A DNA stretch of 64,000 nt, taken from a virus. Its lineage: Duplodnaviria > Heunggongvirae > Uroviricota > Caudoviricetes. Shown in pieces: positions 7,440 through 17,814 of this stretch. The notes under the pieces are model-generated. The model was not told the DNA's origin, ran no database searches, and was given only the letters and a program-made list of their open reading frames with translations. The stretch lies in IMG/VR virus record IMGVR_UViG_3300009132_000002. One strand, given 5' to 3'. Within the stretch, counting starts at the first letter, position 1. Each line of letters opens with the position of its first letter. A program made the position numbers and the translations under genes.

Positions 7440-9157
7440 TATGCCACCATTTTACTAAAGTTCTTTTCTTTTTTGAACTCCAGCTTTTCTTCAAATTTTC
7501 CATCAAGTATTTCTCCTTTATGAGAGATTACAAATACGTTTGTGTCATCATCTAGTGTATGTAAAATTTTCATTAGATTATCAACACCATCATGATCCAA
7601 AGATGAATCAAATGTTTCATCTAATATAAGCAAATTGGTAGCTACAGAGTTTTTCATCTTAGCAATCATTCGCCAAGTAAATAGCAAAGCAAGATCAATT
7701 CTTTGCTTCTCGCCTTCTGAGAAAGAATCATACGAGAATGCATCTCTATGACGTGATCTAATAGTTTCTTGAAAGCTTTCATCTAAATTAAAATGTACAA
7801 AGAAATCCAGAACTTGAAGATATTGATTTACTAATTTATTGATTACAGGAATATATTGTTTAATAACCTTAGTTTTAATGCCCGTATCTTTTAACATCTC
7901 AGCCATAACACTATTATACGAATATTCTTCATTAAGAGTTAATTTATATTCCATTAACTCGTTTCTTTCTTCATTCATATCATGAAGTTCTTGATTAGCC
8001 TCACCAATATCGCCTTCTCTTGAACTAAGTCTTTGTATATCGAGATTAAAACCATCTATTTGTTTTTGATAGGATGATATAAGTTTATTATTGGTATTAA
8101 TTAAATTATTATTATCTTTAACTTCTTCAGCTTTATTATTCCATTCGTCTATTAAAGCTGCTACATCATTAGCTTCCGATTGTATTCTTTCAAGGGTTTC
8201 TTTAGTTTGTAATGCTTTTTGCTTACATTCGTGTATTTTCCTCTTTTTAAAATCTGGTTCGATTTCCTGTGAACAGGTCGGACAGGTGTCATTCTGTTCA
8301 TAAAATTTAGAATCGCCAACGATTGTTTTAATTTCTGATGTGGCACTGGCCTTATCTTGTAAAATGATTTGTTTTTTATTATTTGCTTCTTTAAGTTGCT
8401 TTGATACCTCTTCGGCATTTGCTTCATTAAAAGCACTAGACGCGGCATTACTATTATGTAATTGCTTAATTTCACTTTCGACCTCTGAGATTTTTTTCTT
8501 TTTATCATTAATCTCATCCTCATTAATTTGTGTAATATCTCTAATATATTTTCTTTGAGAATCTAGTTTATTTTTTAGAATATCCAGTTGATAAGAATTT
8601 TCTTTTAGTTTTTCTTTTAGTACACTATTCTTTTCTTTTATAAGAATATTCATTTTTGAAAATACATTGATATCCAGAAGATCCTCAATAACATCTCTTC
8701 TATGCTGTGCAGGTAGTTGCATAAAAGGAATAAAAGATGAAGAACCTAGCACAACAATCTGGTGAAAACTTTTATGATTAAGCTTAATAATGTTTTGTTC
8801 AAGGACCTTCTGGTACTCTTTAGCGTGAGAAGATTGGTTAATCATCACGCCATTTTTCCATATTTCAAATATTTGTGGTTTTATACCACGAACAACCTTA
8901 AAGAGTGCTTTACCTATAATAAATTCAACCTCTACAACACTATCTTTATTATTGATAGTATTAACTAACTGAGGTTTATTAATATTACGATGCGGCTTAC
9001 CAAATAGTGCAAAGGAAAGAGCATCAAGAATAGTTGACTTTCCTGCACCGTTTTGACCTACTATAAGAGTTGATTTTGTTTTATTAAGACTAATAGTTGT
9101 CCAATTATTACCAGTCGATAAAAAGTTTTTATATCGAATAGATTTAAAAGTAATCAT
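7439..9157 (-). CDS. recombination endonuclease subunit gp46 (Rad50/SbcC-like)
   Basis: N-terminal Walker A GQNGAGKSTILDALSFALFGK, long coiled-coil middle, C-terminal signature/Walker B LLILDETFDSSLD. Confidence 0.85.
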   Translation of the reverse strand: MITFKSIRYKNFLSTGNNWTTISLNKTKSTLIVGQNGAGKSTILDALSFALFGKPHRNINKPQLVNTINNKDSVVEVEFIIGKALFKVVRGIKPQIFEIWKNGVMINQSSHAKEYQKVLEQNIIKLNHKSFHQIVVLGSSSFIPFMQLPAQHRRDVIEDLLDINVFSKMNILIKEKNSVLKEKLKENSYQLDILKNKLDSQRKYIRDITQINEDEINDKKKKISEVESEIKQLHNSNAASSAFNEANAEEVSKQLKEANNKKQIILQDKASATSEIKTIVGDSKFYEQNDTCPTCSQEIEPDFKKRKIHECKQKALQTKETLERIQSEANDVAALIDEWNNKAEEVKDNNNLINTNNKLISSYQKQIDGFNLDIQRLSSREGDIGEANQELHDMNEERNELMEYKLTLNEEYSYNSVMAEMLKDTGIKTKVIKQYIPVINKLVNQYLQVLDFFVHFNLDESFQETIRSRHRDAFSYDSFSEGEKQRIDLALLFTWRMIAKMKNSVATNLLILDETFDSSLDHDGVDNLMKILHTLDDDTNVFVISHKGEILDGKFEEKLEFKKEKNFSKMVA

Positions 9158-9269
9158 TCTTTTTGCCTTATTTGTTTCTTAGATTTCTGCCTATCTTTTT
9201 TCTTGGCAGCTTTTTTGTAAGCTTTTTCCCACTTCTTAGATAAACAGTGTATTCTTTCTCGTTTGGGCA

Positions 9270-10331
9270 CTAAACTATTTCCATTGATTGTGCTTCTGTA
9301 AGAAGTTTCCTCATATTTACTTTTATCTTATCTTTATCAAGATCCGTGTCAACAGCATCAACATAACTATCTAACAAGATTTCTGTATCCTCCAAAGATA
9401 TGTTTTCATCTTCAACATTTTCTCCAATAAACTCATTAAAGTTTTCTGCAATCTTTAGTTCATGAATCTTTCTATTCTGTATTCTATCAACTAAACGATC
9501 AAATGTAAAGAGGTCAGACTTATTAATTACAACTATTTTTACAAATTTATGATCTAAATGATCAACATTAAAATCCGAATAACTCTGTCTTGAATCATCA
9601 TATACAATCTTTTCATATAGAGTGTATGGATTTCTAATGGCTTCCATTTCACGAGTTTCAGTATCTATTACATGGAAGTGTTTGTTATCGTGAGCATCAG
9701 ACCAGAAAAATTCCATCTGTGTTCCAAGATATGTTATATTATCTTTTACTGATTTAGTATGAAAATGACCAGACAAAACTTTTTCAAATCGTGAAAATAT
9801 TTTATGGTCCATACCATGTTTATTTTCTATGCCTCTCATCATCTCAAATCCGCTTAATTCAAGATGGCCTCCAAGCCAATCGGCTTTACAGTTTTTAATA
9901 AACTCCATAGACTTGTCATGATTTTCTTGAGTAATCCAAGGTAGCATTGCAATCTTAAGAGAATCATATTCAAGAACACGAGGCTCCATGATAATATTAA
10001 TCTCATTCATAAAGTGACCTAATAATTCTTTTAAACTATTTAAGTCATTTGTATTCTTATAATAGGTATCATGGTTACCGGGCACAATATCCATAGACAT
10101 TCCATAATCACGAAGATGTGATAAAAAATGTTTACGGTTATGGTTTAAAGCTCGGAAATTAATAAACTTACGATTATCATAATAATCACCAAGATGAATA
10201 ATTTGCTTAATATCATGTTCTTTACAATATGGGAAAAAGATGTTTTCATAAAAATCTGCTGCATTATTTAAAAATACATCAGAGCTATTTCTGATACCAC
10301 AATGTGTATCATTTAATACTGCTATTTTCAT
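9270..10331 (-). CDS. recombination endonuclease subunit gp47 (Mre11/SbcD-like)
   Basis: Calcineurin-like phosphoesterase motifs LNDTHCG, LGDYYD, GNHD, GHFH; adjacent to gp46. Confidence 0.85.
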   Translation of the reverse strand: MKIAVLNDTHCGIRNSSDVFLNNAADFYENIFFPYCKEHDIKQIIHLGDYYDNRKFINFRALNHNRKHFLSHLRDYGMSMDIVPGNHDTYYKNTNDLNSLKELLGHFMNEINIIMEPRVLEYDSLKIAMLPWITQENHDKSMEFIKNCKADWLGGHLELSGFEMMRGIENKHGMDHKIFSRFEKVLSGHFHTKSVKDNITYLGTQMEFFWSDAHDNKHFHVIDTETREMEAIRNPYTLYEKIVYDDSRQSYSDFNVDHLDHKFVKIVVINKSDLFTFDRLVDRIQNRKIHELKIAENFNEFIGENVEDENISLEDTEILLDSYVDAVDTDLDKDKIKVNMRKLLTEAQSMEIV

Positions 10332-10337
10332 TATATA

Positions 10338-10940
10338 TTATTCCAAAAAATCAGATAGGTCTGAATCTACATTAACGGCTCTTTTCTTTCTGTTTTTCAC
10401 TTCTTTTGAAAAAGTTTTAATTTCTGTATCATAAGCTTTTACTTTATCAATTCTATCTTTAAGGGTATCAATAAAGTGATTAGCAACTTGAGATGATGCA
10501 TCTTGAGAACCAAGTTCTGTAACAAGGAATGCATCTATACCAGATTGAGCAAGATATTTTTCTTTAATATCCTGTTGTTTCTTTTCTTTTGTAATTCTTC
10601 GTAAAAAAGCATACCAAATAATCTGAGTAAAATAAGCAAACGCATTCGGTTTACCTGTTCTAGTTGTAGCATTAATATTATAATTTTCTATAGCCTTTAA
10701 ACAGTTTTCTACAGCATCCATTACCATTTCTTCACGATATGTATATCTGATAAAATTTGACTTATGTGATAAGTTTTCTGCAATTTGTAGAAAGCTACGA
10801 GCAATATAATCTGGAACAACAGGAAGCTTTTCTTCTTTCTGTTTTGCTAAAGTCACTTCTTTCACATATTCCACGATAGCCAATGAAAATTCTGAATTAT
10901 TAATGTAGTGTATGTTTTTTGTTTTTTTTGCTTTTGCCAT
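10338..10940 (-). CDS. late-transcription sigma factor gp55
   Basis: 200 aa, position downstream of gp47 as in T4, basic/helical composition; a sigma70-type early promoter lies upstream. Confidence 0.65.
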   Translation of the reverse strand: MAKAKKTKNIHYINNSEFSLAIVEYVKEVTLAKQKEEKLPVVPDYIARSFLQIAENLSHKSNFIRYTYREEMVMDAVENCLKAIENYNINATTRTGKPNAFAYFTQIIWYAFLRRITKEKKQQDIKEKYLAQSGIDAFLVTELGSQDASSQVANHFIDTLKDRIDKVKAYDTEIKTFSKEVKNRKKRAVNVDSDLSDFLE

Positions 10941-10954
10941 AAATATAAACCTTT

Positions 10955-10990
10955 TACATATATATTATAAACTAATCATCAACAGATGTA
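10955..10990 (-). promoter_or_regulatory. sigma70-type early promoter upstream of gp55
   Basis: Minus strand GTTTACA-TCTGTTGATGATTAGTT-TATAAT. Confidence 0.5.
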
Positions 10991-11096
10991 AACATATATT
11001 TTTCATATATTTTTTATAGAATTACATCATTTTTTGGTTTACAGTTGCACGAATCTAGTATATAATAAAAGAGTAGTTAGTTGAGAATAGGGAATA

Positions 11097-11501
11097 CTAG
11101 TGAAGCTTAGACTTATCTATAAAATTAAATTTTAATACGTTATCATTCTCTGGATCCGTTGTAATATTTAATTCTTCTTCTTTTTGATTTTCAGTTGTAA
11201 TAAGTTCTATTTCTTCTTTTATTTTTTCTATAGCATTTGTGTATTGATCTAAAATTTCTTTAGATGGTACCGAAGCCGCTATCATATGATATAAATTAAT
11301 AGTTATAAAATGATCTGGTCTTTCAACATAGGTCATCCAAGGCTTGAACATATAATAGCTTCTTTCATTATCTAAATCTACTCTAGCTATTCTGAAAGCC
11401 CCTCTGACAACAATATCTTCTTCAAGTTCTTCCATTATTTCACAAATAATTTCCGAGCCATCTGCTATTTTTAATTGTTTAATATTGTTTGTGTTTATCA
11501 T
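11097..11501 (-). CDS. hypothetical acidic protein (134 aa), translationally coupled to uvsW
   Basis: ORF track; ATGA overlap with uvsW stop. Confidence 0.45.
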   Translation of the reverse strand: MINTNNIKQLKIADGSEIICEIMEELEEDIVVRGAFRIARVDLDNERSYYMFKPWMTYVERPDHFITINLYHMIAASVPSKEILDQYTNAIEKIKEEIELITTENQKEEELNITTDPENDNVLKFNFIDKSKLH

Positions 11502-13006
11502 ATTGAAACCTTATAGAATTTAAATTTAAATCTCTCTTTTTTATATATTTTTAATCTTTCTTCGCTGTGGAGTAGGGCATAGTTTTTTCTTGACTTGTGT
11601 TGGAAGTCATCTGATATATCATAGAGTTTAGTAGTCGTTCCATCCTCTGACTTCCGTAATCCCCTCCCAATAGATTGAAGAACCTTAATTTGGGATTTCG
11701 AAGGTGAAGCAAAAATAATATTATGCAAGTTCCGTATATTAATGCCAGTACTAAAAGTACCCAGACTAGCAACGATAATAGCATCTTTTTGTCCCTCTGT
11801 TATTTTTCTAATAGCTTCCCTATCAGAAGTTTCTGTAGCACCACTTACAAAGAATACTTTTCTACCTTCTTTAGCTTTAGTATTTATCAACTCAAAAAGA
11901 GGTTTTCCATGCTTCTCAACGAACTGAAATAAAACCAAAGTATTACCTTTTTGATCCAACGCAAGATTTCTTATAAATTTATTTCTCTGTTCATACTTTA
12001 CAATATAATCTATTTCATCTTGGTATTGTAAACCAACCATCTGTTTTTTAATTTCTTCACTGTATTGTAGCTGAATCATAAGAATTTCTAAATCCGCAAG
12101 AGTTTGATTATCCTGTAAAGTTCTGGTTGTTGTGACTTTCATTACCTTACCAAATAAACCTTCAAGAACTAACTGGTGGGTCTGTGTTCCATCAAGTGTA
12201 CCAGTAGTACCATAGCGATATTCTGCTAGTTTACATTTATTCATAATATTAGTAAGCGATTTAGATTTAAAACCGTGACACTCATCTCCTAAGATCATAC
12301 CAAACTGATCGAACCAAGCGGGTGGCATTTTATAAATGGATTGCCATGTGCTTATACAGATAGCACTTTCAAACTCTTTATCTTTACCTGAATAGATTTT
12401 ATGCATACCAGTAGGATTTTGTCCATAATCCGCAAAGTCTCCATACATTTGTTCGACCAAAGATGTTGTAGGAACGATAATTAAAACCTTTCCTGCTCTT
12501 GGATAATTAAATCCATCTGTAAGCATCTGAAGCCAATACTTAGCTAAACAGTATAGAATTAAAGATTTGCCTGAACCTGTTGGAGATAAAAGAATTGATC
12601 TTTTTCTTTTTAATCCTTCACATATAGCATTAAACTGATAATCTCTTATGGATATAGGTTCTCCTTTACTTTTTAGTTCAAGAGACTTTATAAAATCCAT
12701 AATTTTATTAGGATTTATTTCATTATATGATTCAGGTAAACCATATTTGCTTTCTTCATATTCTAGTGTATAGTTTCTTTTTTCACAGAAATCTTTTACA
12801 TAAGATATGAGACCACAAGATAATTCGCAGTTATTTACGTTAAATAATCTTATTTTTCCATCCCACACTTTATTTCTATAAAGCGGCATAAATTTATAAC
12901 CAGGCACAAAGAAAGAAAAATAGTCGGATAATTCTTGAGCAATACCCCAATCACAACCGATGATCATATTAGCATGATCTTTTTTCTGTATTTTAACTAT
13001 ATCCAC
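11498..13006 (-). CDS. uvsW: SF2 DNA helicase UvsW
   Basis: Helicase motif I LLSPTGSGKSL, motif II DECH, motif III TGT, motif VI QSIGRGLR; 502 aa. Confidence 0.8.
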   Translation of the reverse strand: MDIVKIQKKDHANMIIGCDWGIAQELSDYFSFFVPGYKFMPLYRNKVWDGKIRLFNVNNCELSCGLISYVKDFCEKRNYTLEYEESKYGLPESYNEINPNKIMDFIKSLELKSKGEPISIRDYQFNAICEGLKRKRSILLSPTGSGKSLILYCLAKYWLQMLTDGFNYPRAGKVLIIVPTTSLVEQMYGDFADYGQNPTGMHKIYSGKDKEFESAICISTWQSIYKMPPAWFDQFGMILGDECHGFKSKSLTNIMNKCKLAEYRYGTTGTLDGTQTHQLVLEGLFGKVMKVTTTRTLQDNQTLADLEILMIQLQYSEEIKKQMVGLQYQDEIDYIVKYEQRNKFIRNLALDQKGNTLVLFQFVEKHGKPLFELINTKAKEGRKVFFVSGATETSDREAIRKITEGQKDAIIVASLGTFSTGINIRNLHNIIFASPSKSQIKVLQSIGRGLRKSEDGTTTKLYDISDDFQHKSRKNYALLHSEERLKIYKKERFKFKFYKVSI

Positions 13007-13467
13007 TAAAAGCCACCAGCCTCAAATTGTTTCCATTTTATAATATTACCAATAGTCTGATGCTTCCAATTAATATTGGTTACAATTTCTTGTAGTGTTT
13101 CAACTAAGGTTTTATAATAAATTACTCTTTCCTCACTCTTTTGTATATCTATATCAGAATCATAATAGTGATTCATATCACCCTTCATAACTTTCATACC
13201 ATTAAAAGGGTCATATTCCCAACCTCTTTCTTCTATTTGCTCTTGAGTCATTTTATCATTATAGTATAGCCATTTATCTTTAAGCAAAGTTTTCTGTTTT
13301 AACTCAGTCTTTTTCAACTGTAGTTTAGAAATAGAAAGAAGTTGTAAATATTTTGCGTGAAGTTTTGCTATGTTAATTGATGATTTATCCAGATGGTTTT
13401 CATCAATTTCACAGTCTTTTTTCCAATCATTAAGTATATCTTCAAGATTCAGCAAGTGCATCTCCAT
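13006..13467 (-). CDS. uvsY: recombination mediator UvsY
   Basis: C-terminal ...KWKQFEAGGF resembles the T4 UvsY C-terminus FEAGK; size 153 aa; adjacent to uvsW. Confidence 0.7.
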   Translation of the reverse strand: MEMHLLNLEDILNDWKKDCEIDENHLDKSSINIAKLHAKYLQLLSISKLQLKKTELKQKTLLKDKWLYYNDKMTQEQIEERGWEYDPFNGMKVMKGDMNHYYDSDIDIQKSEERVIYYKTLVETLQEIVTNINWKHQTIGNIIKWKQFEAGGF

Positions 13468-13495
13468 AATAAATTAATTTCAATATTAATAGTAT

Positions 13496-13993
13496 CTATA
13501 CTATTTCAAAGTATGATACTTTAAAGTTCACCGGAAACGTGACAACTGGTGTTTCAGTGGCAGCTGCTTCCAATAAAAGTGTTCCTATATTTGTAACCAC
13601 ACAGTCTATATATCTAATTTTTTTAATAACATTATTATGGCTGCTTAAAATTGATAGTGTTATATCTACTACATTTTGATCTTCAGCTATAATTTTATTA
13701 GGATTTTTAGATGGGGTTACTACAAGACTTTCTAACCAATTATAAACTTCTATATAACTTGACATATTTTCATCTACTAGAACATCAAAGGCAAGATCAT
13801 CAACACCAAGTGTATCTCCAGGTACTGAAATACTTTGTAAGCGACTATATGGTACTATAGGGGCTTGAACATTTACTCCAGGATGAATAACCCTTTGAGC
13901 AAAAAATTCTAAATTACCATAGTTTTTTCTATCTATAACAACTTTAAAGTTACTTGGTTGTAAAAAGTTAAAATTTTCAGTAAGGTCTGCCAT
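13496..13993 (-). CDS. hypothetical late protein (165 aa), probably structural
   Basis: T4 late promoter TATAAATA (plus 'tatttata' 14018-14025) lies 25 nt upstream of the start. Confidence 0.5.
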   Translation of the reverse strand: MADLTENFNFLQPSNFKVVIDRKNYGNLEFFAQRVIHPGVNVQAPIVPYSRLQSISVPGDTLGVDDLAFDVLVDENMSSYIEVYNWLESLVVTPSKNPNKIIAEDQNVVDITLSILSSHNNVIKKIRYIDCVVTNIGTLLLEAAATETPVVTFPVNFKVSYFEIV

Positions 13994-14017
13994 AAGCCTC
14001 TCCGTTGAAGTTATATC

Positions 14018-14025
14018 TATTTATA
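14018..14025 (-). promoter_or_regulatory. T4-type late promoter TATAAATA
   Basis: Plus 'tatttata'; 25 nt upstream of the 13993 start. Confidence 0.6.
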
Positions 14026-14040
14026 TTGATAAAAAGTACA

Positions 14041-14078
14041 TTTTAGGGGTTTACAAGCGGTGTTTTTTAGTATATATT
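14041..14078 (+). promoter_or_regulatory. early promoter cassette (TTTTAGGGGTTTACA-N17-TATATT) driving the plus-strand gene
   Basis: Same conserved motif as the minus-strand cassettes, here in the opposite orientation. Confidence 0.55.
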
Positions 14079-14106
14079 GTAAGAGTAAATAGAATCGGAG
14101 AAAGAT

Positions 14107-14457
14107 ATGACCAAGTTTGACAAATCTAAATTTACTTTTCATGGCGGTTATCTTGAGTACACAGGTACTTATGAAGGTCAGCCTACATGGGATCAAGTTG
14201 CTCCTGATTGTCACCCATCACGTATAGGTATGCCAAAAGAGTTGTTTATAGCTCGGTTTAAGTATAAAGGTCCTTTTACCAAGGCTAAATTTCTAAAAGA
14301 ATTAATCAAAAGCTTTACTGTTGAAGAATATGTAGAAGCACGTAAAAAAGAAGGCCCTGACGGGGCGCCTCTTAAAATTTTAGAAAATAATAATCCTGAG
14401 TGGGCAGAAAAGATTATGTCAGACTGGTTAAAGAAAATGTCTAATAAGATGGCATAA
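14107..14457 (+). CDS. hypothetical protein (116 aa), only plus-strand gene in the window
   Basis: Own sigma70-like promoter (TTTACA 14050-55, 17-bp spacer, TATATT 14073-78), RBS GGAG, intrinsic terminator hairpin immediately downstream. Confidence 0.55.
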   Translation: MTKFDKSKFTFHGGYLEYTGTYEGQPTWDQVAPDCHPSRIGMPKELFIARFKYKGPFTKAKFLKELIKSFTVEEYVEARKKEGPDGAPLKILENNNPEWAEKIMSDWLKKMSNKMA

Positions 14458-14485
14458 AAAAAAGCCCCACGAATGGAGCTTAGTT

Positions 14486-14512
14486 GGGAGGGTTGAACCC
14501 CTCCCTTTTTTT
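14486..14512 (+). terminator. intrinsic terminator (GGGAGGG-TTGAAC-CCCTCCC + T7) between convergent genes; A-run upstream allows bidirectional use
   Basis: Perfect 7-bp GC stem followed by TTTTTTT; preceded by AAAAAAAA. Confidence 0.7.
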
Positions 14513-14522
14513 ATTTTAAATC

Positions 14523-15845
14523 TTATGCGTTAAGGATGTTATCCACACGGAAGATTCTGTAGTACTGGTTAGACTTCGCTGCAGCAAGACCGTTCGCTGG
14601 GTTAGCACCTACGAATGGGTTTGATACCATGCCATAACGAGTTTTGAATCCGATTTTTGGCTGGAAGTCATTCTCACCAACTGCACGTACCATAGTTAGT
14701 GGTACATATGGGCAATAGAATACACCGGCGTCATATGCATTAGTACCTTTGTAACCTACAGTTACATAGTCTGTTGTTGCATATGGGTCGATATATACTT
14801 TTGTGCGTCCGTTAAGAACACCAGCAAAAGTATTACCTGTATCATCAACATTTAGGTTAGTTGACAATGCTGGAGCATAATCAAGCATACCTGTTGCAGA
14901 CAAGCATGATGCTACGTCTGAAGATGTGATGATGAAGTTACCGCGGCCTCTACGAGTTTCTTTAGCAATTGTATTTGCTTCACGCTCGATTTGTACCATA
15001 AGACCTTTGAACTTCTCTACTGACCAACGGCCATCAGCATCGTTTGTAAGATCAAATACACCGTTAAGAGCTGTTTGAGCTGTAGAAGCACCAGTCTTAG
15101 CTTGTGAGTTGATTGTACGGATTACTTCACGGTTGATTTCCGCAAGAATCTCTGTTGACAAGATGTTTGCCAATTCTGATTCTGCATCAAGACCATGAAT
15201 CGCTTTCAAGTCTTGTGCTAGCTCTAGGCTATACTCTGCTTTCAATGCACGTGTTTTCGCTGAAACAGTTGCTTTTTCAATGGTAAAGCCCATTTCATTG
15301 AAAGTAGATGAAGTTGTACCAAGTACTTCACCGTCTGCTGTTGGCATACCACCAGCAAAACCATTAGTTACACGGTTATCATCGATAGTTGAGTCAGAGT
15401 TAGCATCAGTTACACCAGTAAGACCTGATGGGCCTGCTGAACCGTTTGCTCCACCTGAATCGCCACCCCAAGCAGTATTTGCTTCGTTGTACAATGCTTC
15501 AGTTGAACCTGTTGCACCGGCACCATAGCGTGATTTCATTGCGAAGATCAAGCCTGTTGGACCAGTCATTGGCTGAACACCACATACGTCATAAGCCATC
15601 ATGTTTGGCATTGCACGACGTACAAGTGAGATAAGGATTGGATCCCAGTTACCCACTGAACCAGTGTTTGAAGTTTCTGTCAAGAAGCCTTGCTCTGCTT
15701 GACGCTGCTCAGCAAGAGCTTTTTCTTGGTTTTCAAGAACAACAGCTGTTACTGATTTTCTGTAAGAATCTTCGATTTTACCCGCTGATTCTTCATTGAG
15801 CACTGGTGCCCATTTTTCTGTAAGATTTTTATATGTATTAGACAT
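14523..15845 (-). CDS. major capsid protein gp23
   Basis: 440 aa; N-terminal propeptide-like region ending around ...VLENQ/AEQ as in T4 gp23; position after gp22 scaffold. Confidence 0.8.
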   Translation of the reverse strand: MSNTYKNLTEKWAPVLNEESAGKIEDSYRKSVTAVVLENQEKALAEQRQAEQGFLTETSNTGSVGNWDPILISLVRRAMPNMMAYDVCGVQPMTGPTGLIFAMKSRYGAGATGSTEALYNEANTAWGGDSGGANGSAGPSGLTGVTDANSDSTIDDNRVTNGFAGGMPTADGEVLGTTSSTFNEMGFTIEKATVSAKTRALKAEYSLELAQDLKAIHGLDAESELANILSTEILAEINREVIRTINSQAKTGASTAQTALNGVFDLTNDADGRWSVEKFKGLMVQIEREANTIAKETRRGRGNFIITSSDVASCLSATGMLDYAPALSTNLNVDDTGNTFAGVLNGRTKVYIDPYATTDYVTVGYKGTNAYDAGVFYCPYVPLTMVRAVGENDFQPKIGFKTRYGMVSNPFVGANPANGLAAAKSNQYYRIFRVDNILNA

Positions 15846-15864
15846 TTTCTTTTGTCCCCTTAAA

Positions 15865-16947
15865 TTAAGATGTTCTCAAAGCTGAGAGATATTTGTCCAT
15901 GTTGCTTGAAATTTCTGTTTCATTTGCTTCTTCTAATTCAACACTTTCATTAACCATTTCTACTGGTGCTTCTGTAGTTTCTACAGGCTTTTGAGCAAAA
16001 TATGATTCTTTAAGTGTAGCGATTTTTGAAGCAAAATCTTCTTCGGTTGTAAAGTCAACACTTTCAGCAAGACTTCTAAGTTTTTCAACTTGTGTTTCTG
16101 CTAGGTCTTTAGAAGCTTCACGAATGCAAACTTCTTTTTTCATTGATCTTACAGATTCTGACATTTCCATGTTTTTCTCTGTTTGTGAATTCAATTTGTT
16201 TTCAAGTTCTTCAACTTGCTCCACTAAATCGTCCACAAGATCAATTTTGGATTCTGGAACTTCGATATAAGATTCAGCAAACAAGTCTTTTAGATTTGTC
16301 ATGAATGTTTCTGCAATCTCTGTTCTCAAGCCTTTCTCAACGGCCAGCTTGTTTTCTTCCATCCAAGTTTCAACTACGTAATTTAGATAGCTGTCGATTT
16401 TCTCAACAAGCTCTCCACGTGTTTCATTGAGACCTTCTTCGATTTCAGTTGCATACTGCTCTTCAAGTGCGGCAACTCTTTCTTCTAACTGAGCATCTAA
16501 ATCTGCTTGTTTAGCAGCAACATGCTCATCGACTTTTGAGTTAACAGCAGCTTCAAAAATAGTAGCAGCTTTTTCTTTGAAACCTTCGGCTAATCCTTCT
16601 TCGTTAGAAATTAACGCTTCAAGATCTTGAGAATGATCAGAAGTAATGACCTCATCATCGAGCTCGATTTCTTCACCCATCATTTCTTTATACATAGCCT
16701 GTAGGCCTACTTTGTTTGTTTTTAACATTTTGCTATGCATTGCGTTAACAATACCAGCTTTTGTTTTTGGCATTGGCTCTGAATTTGACTTATCGCCTTT
16801 TCTTTTTGGAGCAGCGTCAGTCGCATCACCAGCAGCATCTACTGATGCTACAGATTGAGCTTCTGCATTCTTAGGATCATGAGCTTCGTCCACAACTTCC
16901 GCTGCTTCATCGAGCTCAACTTCCTGTTCTTGTACTTGATCAGTCAT
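15865..16947 (-). CDS. prohead scaffold/core protein gp22
   Basis: Highly acidic, Ala/Glu-rich, coiled-coil-like 360-aa protein between gp21 and gp23. Confidence 0.65.
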   Translation of the reverse strand: MTDQVQEQEVELDEAAEVVDEAHDPKNAEAQSVASVDAAGDATDAAPKRKGDKSNSEPMPKTKAGIVNAMHSKMLKTNKVGLQAMYKEMMGEEIELDDEVITSDHSQDLEALISNEEGLAEGFKEKAATIFEAAVNSKVDEHVAAKQADLDAQLEERVAALEEQYATEIEEGLNETRGELVEKIDSYLNYVVETWMEENKLAVEKGLRTEIAETFMTNLKDLFAESYIEVPESKIDLVDDLVEQVEELENKLNSQTEKNMEMSESVRSMKKEVCIREASKDLAETQVEKLRSLAESVDFTTEEDFASKIATLKESYFAQKPVETTEAPVEMVNESVELEEANETEISSNMDKYLSALRTS

Positions 16948-16961
16948 GTTTGACTCCTCTT

Positions 16962-17615
16962 TTATTTGAGCAACGAGAGGAAATTCTTAAACTCACGTTC
17001 CTGCACTAAATGCAGATCGCCACGCGGAGCTTTTTTAATTTCAGTCTCAATTTCTTCAATATCTTGAGGTTGAATAACACCATTGTTCCAAACCCACTCT
17101 ACACCTTCCATAATCCCATTAACGAAAGCTTCTGGAGCAGATGGATCTTGTACAATGTCGACAGTGTTTAACATAAAGTCTTCCTTTACATACATTGTCC
17201 CATTACGATTCTCAAGACTTCCCATACCACGAGTTGAAACGCCTAGTTGAACACCACCATCAAGGAGACCTTTTACAATGTTTCCCATTGGAGTATCTAA
17301 TATAAGCGCTTTCCCCATCACATTATTTCCTTCCCAAGTCATCTCGGTAATGCGATGCGAAACCTTATCTAAGTTAACAGTTGGTCCTTCTGGATGATTT
17401 AATTCTCCAACTGCTCTCTTAGTTGCAACCTGTTCGGTCGCAAATTTATGAACTGCAGATTCCATAATTTCTCTTGGATATATTCTGCCGTTTCTATTCT
17501 TACTTTCAGCTTGTGCGAAGATACCTTCGATCACATAGTTTTTCTTACCACTCTCATCTACCTCTTCGGTAACATAAGATAATTCTTGATCATTGTATTC
17601 CGCAATAAGCTTCAT
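16962..17615 (-). CDS. prohead protease gp21
   Basis: NRNGRIYPREIMESAV, GELNHP, VSTRGMGSL match T4 gp21. Start moved to Met23 (MKLIAEY..., 'cat' at 17613-15, RBS AAGGA) to avoid overlap with the upstream ORF; the ORF-track version is 16962-17681. Confidence 0.8.
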   Translation of the reverse strand: MKLIAEYNDQELSYVTEEVDESGKKNYVIEGIFAQAESKNRNGRIYPREIMESAVHKFATEQVATKRAVGELNHPEGPTVNLDKVSHRITEMTWEGNNVMGKALILDTPMGNIVKGLLDGGVQLGVSTRGMGSLENRNGTMYVKEDFMLNTVDIVQDPSAPEAFVNGIMEGVEWVWNNGVIQPQDIEEIETEIKKAPRGDLHLVQEREFKNFLSLLK

Positions 17616-17619
17616 AGTT

Positions 17620-17814
17620 TTATCCTTTATACTGTTTGACGAACTCTTTCGCCATTTTCTCAGCTTCTTTTTCTGAAGCATAAGTATCTAAAACGTCACC
17701 ATCAACTTTAGCCTGAAACTTATTTTTGACCTTTACAATCTCAATTGTAATGCCTTTAACTTTCATTTTCTTAGATTCTTCTAAGCTGGCTTTTAAAGTT
17801 TTAAACGATTTCAT
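17620..17814 (-). CDS. small basic protein (64 aa), possible prohead core component
   Basis: ORF track; position of T4 genes 67/68. Confidence 0.4.
   Translation of the reverse strand: MKSFKTLKASLEESKKMKVKGITIEIVKVKNKFQAKVDGDVLDTYASEKEAEKMAKEFVKQYKG

Noticed and set aside
8091-8558. Sense and antisense ORFs inside gp46 (8091-8303 +, 8161-8523 -, 8340-8558 +)
   Set aside because: They fall in the AT-rich coiled-coil-coding part of the Rad50-like gene. The low-complexity K/E/L codons give open frames on both strands.
9157-10338. Expected alpha-glucosyltransferase (a-gt) between gp47 and gp55
   Set aside because: Only a 113-nt gap separates gp46 from gp47 and 7 nt separate gp47 from gp55. No a-gt-like ORF is present, and the absence is noted in the glycan-island finding.
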